The notes under the pieces were generated by a model. The model saw only the letters and a list, made by a program, of their open reading frames with translations, made no database searches and was not told where the DNA came from. A stretch of 63,977 bases of DNA, filler included, from Octopus bimaculoides (lineage: Eukaryota), in assembly GCF_001194135.2 (NCBI RefSeq). It is 6 parts of 6 records of this genome, joined end to end, with 100 filler letters (N's around TTAATTAATTAA, not from the genome) between each part and the next. Parts side by side here need not be neighbours in the genome. Positions count along the whole stretch, not along the records: positions 1 to 29,135 come from NC_068987.1; 5 more parts are not named here. One strand, written 5' to 3'. The first letter of the stretch is position 1; every line of letters starts with the position of its first letter. A program made the position numbers and the translations under genes. Below, in pieces: positions 12,326 to 25,115 of the stretch.

Positions 12326-12355
12326 ATTCTCACTGTCCAAGTGTGTTGAACTGGC
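12326..12355 (-). CDS. Candidate micro-exon (ASSTHLDSEN)
   Basis: ggttttattcag|...AAT|gtaagg; 30 nt, phase 0-0. Confidence 0.22.
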
Positions 12356-12815
12356 CTGAATAAAACCGGCTAATGCTGAATTGTGAAAATTGCTCGAAGT
12401 ATGGCAATTGAAAATATCTTATTTTCTAACGAATATTCGATGACAAGGACACATGTGGTTAAAGAAATTGCCCTAAGTCGTTGGTGGAGCGTACAAGATA
12501 TTAAAGAAAAAAAAATCCATTCATTTCTAAAACAGCACGATCGCAATTTTGAACGTGTTTCATTTTATCTGATCCAGTCAGATAATGTCATTCAATAATA
12601 AAATGACTTCTGACGTCGAATAATCGTCAGGTAGTGCTTAAAATCAGAATTCTTTATTTCGTTTATTCCTATGTGTACTTATTGACAGAATGTATTTATA
12701 AACCAAACCAAAAATATATCTTACCTTCAAATGCTTGTATCCAATGCTCAATTGTGAATAAGCAATTTTGGTTTGAATACTAATTAACAGGCCTACACAC
12801 ACACACACAGACACA

Positions 12816-12850
<35 letters not shown>

Positions 12851-12924
12851 GTGTGTATTATACATGTGTGTATGTATGTTATGTGTGTATTATGTATACA
12901 TATATATCTATATATGTGCACATA

Positions 12925-13490
12925 CTTATAGGCTTGGCCAAAATTATGGAGCAGGTATGAAAAAAATGGAGACTATGATTGAAACTCATTTACTTAAAAA
13001 TTGAAAACAGTATGATAAATATTCTAGAGTAAACAATAATTAGTATTTGGTGTGTTCTCCTTTTTGCTTTTATAGCCGTTTTTATGCGTTTTTGCATACT
13101 TAAGACTCAGTTGGCACAATTAGCTGGGTCAATTTCTGTTACTCCTTGTGTGACACTAACCTAACGTTTTTTTGCTATTTGTTTCAGTGAATATCTTATT
13201 GTCAACTTATCAGTGGCTAATTCTTATTGAAAATTTCTCCAAAGAAATAGATTCATGAAGCTCAAAGAGTTCAGATCATAGCATTATTCAGTGAATGATT
13301 CTCCCAAAATGAAATTGCAAGAACATTGAAATGCGCGAGAAAAGGTGTCCAAACAACCATCAAAAGGTACAATGAGACCAATTCTTTAAAATACTGTAGA
13401 AGACAAGGCTGCAAAAATTGTAAAACCACAAGTGAAAACTGGTTGCTGAAGAGGATGACATCTCTGACCAATAAGAAAAGCCCTATTCTG
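12925..13490. pseudogene. Rearranged Tc1 fragments: C-terminus on minus (~12925-13260), N-terminal HTH on plus (~13270-13490)
   Basis: Plus: SQNEIARTLKCARKGVQTTIKRYNETNS. Minus: VLSMQKRIKTAIKAK (Tc1 SMPxRxxAVIxAKG). Confidence 0.75.
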
Positions 13491-13965
13491 ACGACCCTAT
13501 ACTTCAACCCTATCTTCTTTTCTTCGTTCTCTTTCCTTCTTCCTTCCGTCCTGTCGGTATATTTGACCTCACAATCTCTTACACATCTCCCTCTATTCGG
13601 CTATTTATAGACTACTGCCTGCACCATTACCTTCATTTCTCCCTTAACTATTTCCTCCTCCTTCCTTCCTGTCTTATAGCTTGATCGCACAATCCCACAC
13701 ACATCTTCCACTCACTTCGGGCTGCCTTTTAAGTAAACAACGCACAGAGTAAACTAGATACGAAATGGTGTATATCTACCAATATAACTATAATTATCAC
13801 TGAAAAATACCCACACGGATTCTATACATGGATATTTACTTTTGGAATGGAACTGTACTCCAAGTACTTTTTCTTCTTTGTTTTTATTTTATCTCCGCAT
13901 CGCTCTCATTTCTTACTGCAAATCTCCTCATACAGAACTAATAATTCTTAACTTCTACTATTACC

Positions 13966-14014
13966 GTCTCCGATGAAGGGATATATAAAAATTTCCCTGA
14001 AACAGCTGTAAGAC
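13966..14014 (+). ncRNA. Minimal type-I hammerhead ribozyme motif (U4C core variant)
   Basis: GTCT-CCGATGA-AGGGA[loop]TCCCT-GAAA-CAGCTG-TA-AGAC; all three helices pair. Confidence 0.8.
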
Positions 14015-14067
14015 ATTCTAAATAAAATATAATTTTATTTATGCCATTGGTCTCTTTATCTCATTCG

Positions 14068-14115
<48 letters not shown>

Positions 14116-14144
14116 GCTAATACACGAGCCATGTTAAATTCCCC

Positions 14145-14238
14145 ATTCTTGCTACAAGTTTATAGAACGGTTTAACATCTCTGCTAAATATACTTTGCAC
14201 AGAGTTAAGTATGTATATATTCTCGTCCTTCATATAAC
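14145..14238 (-). repeat. Partner arm of the exact 94-bp inverted repeat
   Basis: See 12011-12104. Confidence 0.97.
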
Positions 14239-14744
14239 TACATCTGGGGCAAAGCTAGTCGGTATACAGCACTTACTCGGTATTATCTGTAACATTCAGG
14301 GTCTGGTTGACTCCATTAACCTTCATAACCTATATATATATATATATATAAGCTGCTATCTTTCGGCCATTAACCTGGAATGTTCTCTCTCGGAGATAGA
14401 GCACACTTTGTTTCCGAATTACGCAAGGAAATGTACTTCCAAACTTCGATAATAATTTGTGTAGAAATCGAAATAACCCTTGATAATTTTAAATTTTAAA
14501 GGTTGTCTATATCTTCTGAAGTATGGAATATACAAAAATATTGATTAAATCTGAAGTATTTTATATTAATTGTTAATGTTGATCAAATACTTAAGATAAA
14601 ATTAATCTCAGATCAGAAGCAGAATTTAGGAACACCACTACAGCATGTAGTTTGTTACGTATTAGGTCCCATAACACTAACATATATGCTTTAATTCATA
14701 CATATTGTCTAGAATGTAAGCTTAATAATAATAAATTCTGTTAC

Positions 14745-14825
14745 GTATGTTCGATTTCCATTTTCATTTATATTTGTTAGGTCAATAGCGTTCACGAGAA
14801 AGAAATAAAGTAAAACTCCTGCATC
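14745..14825 (-). CDS. Candidate exon (DAGVLLYFFLVNAIDLTNINENGNRTY)
   Basis: gacgttttcag|...TAC|gtaaca; 81 nt, phase 0-0; only faint resemblance to a C2-domain first strand. Confidence 0.2.
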
Positions 14826-16370
14826 CTGAAAACGTCCTAATAAAAGCTCCCAATAGTGAAATTTTTTTTTTAAATGGTTACATTTTCTTCCACAAGTTCG
14901 GATCAAAAATAAATGAATACTGTTTGTTTGTCTTTATACAAAACAGTATTAATATTTTAGTACAGATGCAGTAAATAACCTAAGAGTTAGTTGCTGAAAT
15001 ATCAGCAAACTCTTTCTCTTCTGCATTAATCGTTTCTGGAAAGCGAATGACATCCATTGTTCTATTAATCTTAAATATCTATTGTTTTCAGATAGTACTT
15101 AGCCTGGTTGTGCCAATATTCGGGAGAAGCGTACTCACTGTACAAGACAACAAAACTATAATTTAGTTTACTTGATCTAATATACAAGGAGACATTCACA
15201 AAATAATCCACCTCGTCTTGACATCTTCAACAAAGTTTTCTTCTGACCTGTCAGATAATCTAGTTACCACTAAAGTTACTGTGATCGTCAACAATGGGTT
15301 ATTTCTTATCTGACATGCTTTTACTTATGGTTTGTATTTGATTATGTGACTGTTCAAATATTGGAGATCGTATGTATTTTCATTTGTACACAGAAAAGCA
15401 GACTCATATATACACATGTATACACCCACACGCACACACGCACGCATGCGCGCCCGCCCGCCCGCAAGCACCCCCCCCCACACACACACTCATACATATA
15501 TACATATATATATATACAACTGATAATAGATTCGAAATACAGTTTATTAGTGTTATAGACATAACAGTATTTCGCTTTTTGTATTTACCTTCAAGGATTA
15601 CAAGTATGTTCTGTTAATAATTACTGTTTACATTCGAACTTGAAAAACATATATGCCATTTCTCCTTTTACCTTAGTTTCTGATCTTTTTACAGGAATTA
15701 TCCAAGCAGCCTTTCAACGAATCTCGTTGCAGCTTGTATGATTACTTTTGTCTTGTTCCACGAAGAAGCTCAAACTATTGCTTAATCCCAGAAGTAAATA
15801 TTGGGGTTATATTTTTTTAGATATTCTATTCGATTTTCCAAAGCGAAATTAATGAACTGTATAGGCCAAACGTCGAAGGTTTCGAATAATATCAATTATA
15901 TTTACCAGTATTGTATTAATATTTGCCTTCATGGCCAAGGAATAGGTGAATGTAAAGAAATATTCTCGAAACTTTGGGTTTTATTTTGTTACTATACTGC
16001 TCTCTCTTCAAAAGAATCAACAGAGAAATTGAAGAGGAAGACTGAATGAAAACTATTGAATTCTTCTAAAGGCACATAGTTAAATATATTGGGATGGAGA
16101 AAGGCAATATTATAGTCAGTCAATTTATATATATTAGCGAAATTGAGCAACTTGTTGTCATTAGCAAGCAATATCTATATTGGAATTTTCATGTCACAAT
16201 ATCATTTTCAGTAGGTTTGTTTTCAAACGCGACACATTATAACGATTGTGTTAAGTTGGGTCCGGTTTCAGTGTCACAGTTAAATTCAATTATTTTCAAT
16301 GTGTATATTAGCGTGTTGATAAGATCTACAAGTCTTTTCGGCATCAACAAACCCGTGGCAATCTAGTGCT

Positions 16371-16900
16371 TACGAGGTGGTATCAAAAGGTTCCCGGACT
16401 ATTCCTGTAATGCGCCTACGCCAACAAATGTCAGCACACGGTTGCATGCGCAATGAGAACTAGCAGTGACCTTCATGCAGCAGTGTGCCAAGTGACATGA
16501 CTGTGTTTACTTTGCACACTGTGAAATTTGTGTTTATGTTATCACATGTATGCTGTAGCCTGCGATTTTGCCATGGTCAGGAAGTTTGAACAAAAAGCCA
16601 ACGTGAAATTTTGCGTTAAACACTTGGGAAATCTGCGACACAGACATTGAAAATGCGTCGACAAGTTTACAGTGACGAGGCAATGAGTCGTATGAAAAGT
16701 TTTGAGTGATAAGGCCGCTTCGAAATCGGAAGAACATTCCTGGGAGAGGATCAGCAATCTGGAAGGAGACCTTCTACGAGCGTCACGCCCAGAAATGTGG
16801 AGAAAATTAATCAGCTTGTGCATGAGGATCGTCGGAGGATAATCAGCGAGATTACTGATGTTGATGATCTGTCGTATTGGTCCATGCAGGAAATAATGAG
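16371..16900 (+). pseudogene. Mariner 5' end and N-terminal transposase fragment
   Basis: TA-CGAGG..AAAAGGTTCCCGGACT terminus; EQKANVKFCVKLGKSATQT...RPSTS...VEKINQLVHEDRR. Confidence 0.9.
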
Positions 16901-17597
16901 CATTGCTACTGAAGAAATAGATAAAAACAATTATTTTCGTTTTTATTTTCTGTGAGTATAGAAAAAATTACGGCACTACTAAGTTCTGCTCCGTGAGACC
17001 TAATTCTTGTAATAGTGATGTCCTATTAGGAATCAGTAAATTTTAATAGGTTTTTGTAGAATTTCTATATACATTAGTTTAATTCGATAGGTATTTAGGA
17101 GAATTCAATAAACAGTGAAGATATAGAAAGTAGCTGTTATGAAAACTATTGCTATCATATATGACATTATTCTTAAATAAATTAAAGGAAACGTAGCAGA
17201 ACAAGATTTCAAAATCAAGCAATGTCAGAATCAAGCATAGTGATATACCCTACATCTTCAGATGTAGTATATATGACATTGCTTAATATTCAAAATTGTT
17301 TTAAGTTAGTAGGGAATACACATTTGTTTTATCAATGTGCAATAACTATTTGGATTATATGCACATCCTTGTCCAGAGATTTCGTTCTATATATGAATGG
17401 TTATGAAGCCAAGGGAAATTGTTCCAGAATTTAACATTTCCACGTATCTATGCTACTTAATTTCTTATACCTAAATTAAATAAGAATCTAATATCTACAG
17501 TATCAAATTCAAGTTTCCTATTTTGGTAACACGTTCCTAAAATGTTCATGGTATCAAAATTTCACAACTCATTCAAAATAAATCAGTACATCAATGA

Positions 17598-18690
17598 AAA
17601 ACTGAAGCCAGTAGAGAGAGGTGTTTTGCTAGCAATGATAAATTAAGAAAATTAGGTGCATGGAAGATAACCATACACATTAAGGATGTAATGAACAAAC
17701 GATTGATGATAAATAAAACATCTGAGACATTTCAGTAATTCAAGAGAAGGATATTTGAGAATGAAAAATATATAATTTACAGTTCTAGAGCATTTTATTG
17801 GCAAATGGATTGGAGATTGGCTTCATTACCATCAAAGACATCTTCTGTAAACAAATATTTGTATTTATATTATGTATTTCTCTATATATTATAATTATAT
17901 TAATGCGATAATGGAATTGCGTCGTTGCCTTTAATCATTTCCAGCTGTATTTACCCCACTGATAGTTTCCTCTAATGGTGGCTCGCAGCCATTTATAGTC
18001 TTTGTATATTGCGCTCTTATCAATTTCTAGCATGGCAAATTGGCACACTCGTCATAACATTGAATAGAACGCATTGCTTTGCTTGTTTGAAATCCTGTGT
18101 TGTCACAGTAAGGGCAGCTGATTAGCGGAATTCCACAAGCATCAGATGGGAATATTTCAATGTCTCCTCTGGAGGGTAATACACGTGGAAAAAATTTGCG
18201 ATATTATCTCAGGTAAATTTTGTCATATAACCTTGCTCATATTAATGCTTCGTGATATTTAAATAGACACTCATTTATCTGGAATCTTTGTCTACATTAA
18301 ATATATTTTCCCAGTATTTTCAAGATATGCGTAAATGCTATCTTTCTCTTACAGAACATCATCTAAAACAAACAATAAAGGAAGTGATGAGAAATTACAG
18401 GAAAATTCTATTTATCATATTCCTGTGATGTAAGAATTCTTGCAAACTTAATTCGATTCTCCAATACATTTGCCAATAAAATACTATAGAACTTTAACTA
18501 TAAATCTGTAAATTATTTGTTTTTCATTCTCAAATATCCTTCTCTTGAATTACTGAAATGTCTCAGAAGTTTCTATTCATCATCAATCGTTTATTCATTA
18601 CATCCTTAATGTGTATGATTATCTTCCATGCACCTATTTTTCTTCATTTATCATTGCTAGCAAAACACCTCTCTCTGTTCGTTTCAGTTT
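17598..18690. repeat. Inverted repeat: arms ~17598-17816 and ~18458-18690 around a ~640-bp spacer
   Basis: Arms align over about 220-230 bp with scattered substitutions and one ~10-bp indel. Confidence 0.92.
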
Positions 18691-20619
18691 ATCACCATTC
18701 AATAGCTGTTCTCTTAGAATAACTTGCCAGTCTCTTATTTTGTACTCTTTACACTAATATGTCGTTTCAAAAAACCAATTGTGATATGTAGAAAGAAATT
18801 GCATAAAATAATCACAGTAAATATTTACTGAAAGACTCACTCTGTCGCTTTACACATGTAATTTCAACCGAAGATCTTTAAAATATGGTCCATTGCTGTT
18901 TAGTATGAGCTCCACCATGACATATTTAATATATTCCTAGTAGTATCCTGGACATAATCATATAAAATGTTCTGTCTCTATACAGTTAGAATTAGATTAT
19001 ATATTATGCGCTTTTTAACAGAGTACAGTAACATTTAAAACAAATTTAGCTGTCGAATAATTCCTACAATTCTGTAAGAAAACAAATGTAAGTAGTCATC
19101 TGAGCCTTCTCGTGGAGAGATTAGGTTTCCGTCTATACTATAATGGTATAATAATTTAATATATTTCTGCACTCAAGGTGTGATATTTTAAGTCTTCTAC
19201 TTCTCGATTACCATTTTAGAAACATTTTGTTTCCAGGGTGTGTTGTTGGGCATAATATAAATTAATTATTACACAAAGTACAGTTAAACTGCAAAAAGCT
19301 ATTTCAGTCACCGTAAGCTGTTAATGTCACTTGGATAACTATTTCCAATTTTTCAACCAAGATTGCTGGTTTCTTGCGATAACAATATTTACTGTTGAAA
19401 ATTGTTTTATTCATAACATTTTTATGCATATTTATTCTCCCACGGTGCAGGGTTGTTTGCTGTAAAGATAAAAGAAAGCACGATGGAATAAATATGTATG
19501 GATATATATATATATCAAAATAAGCAACAAGGATACCCATATGTAATGCAGTACGATTGTTTCACGCTACTCCATTTAATTGAACACTGCAACCATTACA
19601 TCACTTTAAATGCAGAGCAATCCCCAGCTACAAAAAGACATAGAATTTAATTAAAGTAAGGAAAAACTAAGCTAAGAGCATTAGATTCCTTGGAAGAAAG
19701 CAGCTAATGTATACAAAAACAAGGACGGAAAAAAAACGAACAATGTTACACAAATACAATAAAAATAATAACAGGGAATAACAACAAATATCTTTCGACT
19801 AAGGACGAATTAAATTAAGCTACCGTGTGTGGAAATAAAGCCTTACGACAGGGAAACAAGTTTTCACAGGCACAGGGAAGAATATCGATGTTGCACGTAC
19901 AACGGCCATCCAAGACAGAAAGATCAGGCTTGGCCGAACGCCAGTCACGTGGGAAGAGAAGAGAGAGAGGTAGAGGCAGAATGAGGGACAAAAGAATTAA
20001 GTGGGGGGAAGAAAAAATGACAGGGACACAGTGAAGGGAAAAGTGGAGAGAAAGTGAACAAAAAGAGAAGGCAAGGAAATGTGAGGCAGGGGGAACGAAA
20101 GAACGAAGAGTGGAATGAACGTATACGGGTGAAGGGGCTGATAGACAGAAATATAGTACAAGATTTAGAAAATGTATACTTTCATATAAAACGTACGTAC
20201 GGCGCTATATATNNNNNNNNNNNNNNNNNNNNNNNNNNNNNNNNNNNNNNNNNNNNNNNNNNNNNNNNNNNNNNNNNNNNNNNNNNNNNNNNNNNNNNNN
20301 NNNNNNNNNNNNNNNNNNNNNNNNNNNNNNNNNNNNNNNNNNNNNNNNNNNNNNNNNNNNNNNNNNNNNNNNNNNNNNNNNNNNNNNTATGTGTGTATAT
20401 ATATATATGTAAATGATACAAAATGAGACAAGAACACAAAACATCCAGATAGACGATACAAAGCAAACAAGGACAGGTTATTCGGAGTGTTCTTTCCTCA
20501 GTCGAGATCCAGATTATCTTTGCAATTTCTCTCTCTCCCTCTCTCTATATATATAGTACCCCCCCCCCCNNNNNNNNNNNNNNNNNACAAAAAAAAACAA
20601 GAGCAAACACAAAAAAACA

Positions 20620-20820
20620 ACGCGAAATGCTTAGCGGTATTTCGTCTGCTTTTACGTTCTGAGTTCAAATTCCGCCGAGGTCGACTTTGCATTTCATCCT
20701 TTCGGGGTCGATAAATTATCAGTTACGCACTGGGGTCGATGTAATCGACTCAATCCCTTTGTCTGTCCTTGTTTCACCCCTCTATGTTTAGACCTTGTGG
20801 GCAATTAAAAAAATTAAGAA
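20620..20820 (+). mobile_element. SINE family A (5' end lost next to a gap)
   Basis: GCGAAATGCTTAGCGGTATTTCGTCTGC...CCGCCGAGGTCGACTTTGC...GGGGTCGATGTAATCGAC. Confidence 0.9.
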
Positions 20821-20899
20821 AACAAAGACACATACAGACTGAGTGCACAGACATGCGAAGGTCAAGTTCATATTCTGACCTAGATATTTTCAAGGAATG

Positions 20900-22078
20900 T
20901 AAGCAAATAGTTATGTTTCAACGTAGTTCCACTTGCGCGCCTACGTCTTCCATCGGTGTTACAGTGCCAAATCCTATTTGTGAAGAAGCTTATATCCTGT
21001 TGGTGAAAAATGTCATCATCTCATTCTGCCCTGAGTGTTTCTGCATGTCGAGTAACAGATGATAGTTAGTGGGGCCAAACCAGGAGAACAAGGTGTCTGA
21101 TCAACGAGTTAAAAGCCTCATTGCCGCACAGTAGCCATTGAAACCAAGAACGTGTGACTGGAGTATTGTCCTGATGCAACAAATTACCTTTCGTCCGTTT
21201 TCCTGGGCTTTTGGATCTGATAGCCTTCGTAACTGCCTCAGCAATTTGACATTGTACTCACTAGTGATAGTGTGATCCTTTTAAAAATAATCAATAAAGA
21301 CAATGACTGTGGCATCCTCAAAACTGGGGTTATTAAGTTTCCCTACGAATGAAACGAACTTGACCGCCTTTGGACCAGGTGAGATCTTTCCACTGTATGT
21401 ATTGTCTATGGCTTAAAATGGTAAGGCCAACACTCATTCAAAGTTAGAGAACATATAACGAGTCAACTGGATCTGTTTAAAAAATGTCAGAGTTTCTCAT
21501 CTTGATGCGCTTTGATCTGCTGACTGAAGATGTAGCACCTACCGAGCAGAAACTTTCTTTATGCTAAATTCATTGTGCAGAATATTCTCAAATCTCTCAC
21601 GAGATATATTAATAGTATTGGCTATATGAGTTATAGTCAATCACCTGTCAGTTATCGCCATATCGTGAACACAATCAATGAATGGTCTCCTCGATGATTG
21701 AAATAAGAGGACGTCTAGATGGTGCTAGTTATAGGACGTCCCTTGCTCTTCTAAATTCATCTGCCCACATTTGCACTGCTGATAAAACTGGCAATTCATT
21801 CCCTAATCTAGCAGTCACTTCAGAATGAATATCGTTGGGGGTTAAACTCTTATTCTGTAGGTAACTGATAACACCACGATGCCAACACTTGCCGATCTTC
21901 AAGAGAATTCGCTATAAGTTATGTTTACAGTCTTCTTTGAGCAGTTAAATATCAAGTTGCCAGGAAAGACAGGATGCAGTTTATAAAAAGAATATTTGAA
22001 ATTATTGCATGCACGATTTCAATGCTGTAGCACCACACCTTCACAGGTAGCCTATGAAAGTTTCAGCCTAGCTCATGT
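20900..22078 (-). pseudogene. Decayed, near full-length mariner
   Basis: Minus strand gives DQTPCSPGLAPTNYHL (HPPYSPDLAPSDYHL) and an HTH/linker region; the 5' terminus resembles TACGAGGGTAGGCTGAAAAGTTCATAGGCT. Confidence 0.8.
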
Positions 22079-22199
22079 ATATATGTATATATGTATATAT
22101 ATATACAACCAGTGTGCGAGGGGTACTTGAGGACAGTTTTAGTAGATAATAAAACAGCTATATTTCAGCGTAAGTAAATGTGTTCTGAATAAATAGTTG

Positions 22200-22830
22200 T
22201 GCAATTAGTCATGATAATGATTTTTTAAAGCAAATTGTTCTATGAAACCGCCTTCGGCTTCGATGACTGCTTCAATGCAGGATCGAAACCGCTGGCATTC
22301 TGACACTATATGGTTTTTGTTCATTTCGGACGCCACCTGGACAGTGGCGGCCTTCAGTGAAGCTATAGTATTATGAGGATGACGATCAATCTCCTTTTCA
22401 ACAGCGCTCAACACGTAGAGTTCAAAACTGGCGACTTTGGAGGCCACATATTGGGTGTTACATAATTGTAAAAATTGTCTTCATGAATCCAGGGCTTGAT
22501 AACAGACTCTAGTGCCCCTACATATCCAGCAGCATTAATTTCAAGACCGTGTGGAAAAAAGTGGGGAGGCATCTCATAACCTTCGCTACTCACCATTCTT
22601 AAAACCATCACAGTTGCTGGAAATTTCATGTGCATCACTCTGGGCACATCAGAAAGATCTACGCATAACCGCCTGTCATTTCTTCTGTTAGACTTTTGAT
22701 CCTGGTCAAAGTGTTTCGTCAGAGAAAAACCAAAGCATGCCTTGTTCATGAGTGATTTTCAATATGTTAAGTAACCATTTTGAACAGATGAGATGGTTTT
22801 CCTGTGTCTTTGAAGAAACGAATGGCCTTT
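22200..22830 (-). pseudogene. maT/mori-type (DD37D-like) transposase C-terminal fragment
   Basis: HMKFPATVMVL..VSSEG..MPPHFFPHGLEINAAGY..LESVIKPW, WPPKSPVLN, SAVEK...PHNTIASLKAA; subfamily assignment is tentative. Confidence 0.8.
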
Positions 22831-23158
22831 TCCTCATTTCGTAAGACTTGTATGAAATGACAAAATTTGTGGCAACGTTATAGGAGAGTTTAGATCTAAA
22901 TAATTTGTTTTTATTTTAAAAGCAAAATATATTTTCTTAACTTCAATGGTAGAAGAAAACATGAAGATTTCTGTAGTTTTGGTCTCATGCAACAAAAGTT
23001 TGTATCAAAAAAGTTGTGAGGTAAAACATCATGAAAAAAATATAAGGCAAACATTTATATTTAAATATGATAAACATTTTTAAAAAAACTATAATTTAAT
23101 TAAGCATAAATGATAGAGCTCAATTCGAGGAATTTCATGGTATCAATCTCATGCAATG

Positions 23159-23630
23159 AAGTTTTAAAAGAAAAAATTATGCGTTTGTTTCTCAAACTTG
23201 AGGGTGATAATAAAGTTCTATACTTGTTTATGAATATAGTTCTATAAGGGAACTTTTGATATATGTCACCGGCATCATTGATGTAATGAAAAATCATCAA
23301 AGACACTGCTAATTTGCAATTAGTTTAATTACGTCATCTATACTAATTAATGCAGTTATATCATGTAAACACAGCCCCGTTATAACTGAGACGAGAAAGA
23401 AGTTTTAAAAGAAAAAATTATGAGTGTTTGTTTCTCAAATTTAAGGTTGATTATATAGTTCTATACTCTTTTTATGAATTTAGTTCTATAAGAGCACTTT
23501 TAATATATGTCACCGGCATCATAGAGGTAAGGAAAAACATTATCAACGACACCGCTAATTTGCAATTAGTTTAATCACGTCACCTGTATTAATTAATTCA
23601 ATTTTATCATATAAACAAAGTCCTGTAACA
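23159..23630. repeat. Tandem duplication, 2 x ~241 bp
   Basis: AAGTTTTAAAAGAAAAAATTATG recurs at 23159 and 23400, and the units are colinear and diverged. Confidence 0.92.
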
Positions 23631-24589
23631 TATATTAAATTTATTATTAAATTATCAATACGCTAAAATCTTAAATTATTAATTGACACATTATTAATTA
23701 GCATAATAGCATAGCCTGGAAACATGGTGGTCTTCTTTTCGTGTATAAATTATATACACACATATATATTGTAAAAATATTTGTCTTGTGACATTCTTTT
23801 ACGCATGCTAGCCACTAGTATAAATTATTATTTACCCTTTATATTTAAATATTTTAATTCTTGGGTCTGATAATTCACTGTTGAATTTATATCTGCTGCT
23901 GTACTATTCTGGCTTACCATGATAATTGAGGTAATTTGATTTGAATTCTTGATGTGTAACGATGGAACTCAGTATTCACGTGTTTCCTTTGGGTTTCGGT
24001 ACGTATTCGACTTTTATAATTATATGTCCCAGCGATTCTACATAAGATCCAGGGATGGGTCGTTCATCCATTAATTGATTTATTTAATCATTAATGGTGA
24101 AACTTCGGAGTATAGAATTAACTGATACTTTAATTATTTCAAATTTTCCTGCTCACTTACAATCAAAGTGCTCCAAAAACGAATGTTCTTTCGTGCTTTG
24201 GGAGTTTCATTGCCCTTTTTAGCATGTAAGAAGATCACAAAGTGGTCTTCTCTCCATGTATAAATGTTATAAAGTCATATATATATGATATGACAGAATA
24301 TGACATTATATAATATTTTATTATATTAACTTTATACTACTTTAACTACAGTAATGAGTTATTTTCAGTTACACCATTGACGCATAATATGGATACTATA
24401 TGAGAAATATAATTTACTAAGGTTTTAGGAAATTAGTAATATATCACCGTTCAAAAATGTTATAAAATATTTGTTAATTTTTGTTTTTCATTTCGTAATG
24501 GTTTCATTTCTAATTATTACACTTCCTGAGCACTTCACTAATATTTTTGATGGATTCTCATATTCATTAAATTAATTTAAGCAATAAGC

Positions 24590-24850
24590 GTTTCAAGCAC
24601 CAGGGAACCTGAGGCTACAGCAGCTTGTGATAGTTAAAATTTACAAAAAGGCGATAATTTAACTTTCACCCTTTTCTTCCTGTTATCATATCAAGCCAGC
24701 ATTCAGTAACCAATATCAGAAGATCAGAGAGCAAATAAATTAATGGTGGTTAGCTGTTGCTGCAAAATTGAAAGTTTTTGAATTTAATTGCTGTAGAGAG
24801 CTTCTAACCACTCGGTCGATCGAGCATTCTGTAACTGACAGTCAGTGTGG
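24590..24850 (+). mobile_element. Old SINE family A-like remnant
   Basis: Degenerate match to the AACTTTCACCCTTTT...AGTACCAA...GGTGGTTAG segments. Confidence 0.45.
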
Positions 24851-24999
24851 AGCTAAAGCTCATTCATATAAACAGATTTCGGGTTTCTCTTCAAAATAAG
24901 CATTCATGGCAGCCTAAGCACAAATATTTGTCATTCATTTCTACTTCTGTCCGCAATACAGAGACGTATGCACGTATACACCAACACATAGTATGTTCG

Positions 25000-25000
<1 letters not shown>

Positions 25001-25059
<59 letters not shown>

Positions 25060-25115
25060 CATCTATCTATCTATCTATCTATCTATCCATCTATCTATCT
25101 ATCTATCTATCTATC
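25001..25115. repeat. (ATCT)n microsatellite, representative of dozens of (TA)n, (CA)n, (GA)n, (GATA)n, (CAC)n, (AAT)n arrays
   Basis: Direct reading. Other examples: 33687-33803 (GATA)n; 47844-47947 (ATT)n(AGT)n; 57694-57890 compound. Confidence 0.99.

Larger units (their letters stand above)
13790..14340 (+). mobile_element. Penelope-like pseudo-LTR repeat (same family as 480-800), interrupted by (TA)n
   Basis: Shared hammerhead block and downstream similarity to 700-800. Confidence 0.6.

Noticed and set aside
15090-15140. Alkaline-phosphatase-like peptide EYASPEYWHNQAK on minus
   Set aside because: Too short, weak donor, and no downstream catalytic exons seen.
15620-15960. GPCR-like TM2 look-alike (TLVSDLFTGII)
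   Set aside because: Only one short motif, multiple stops, and no DRY, NPxxY or other helices in register.
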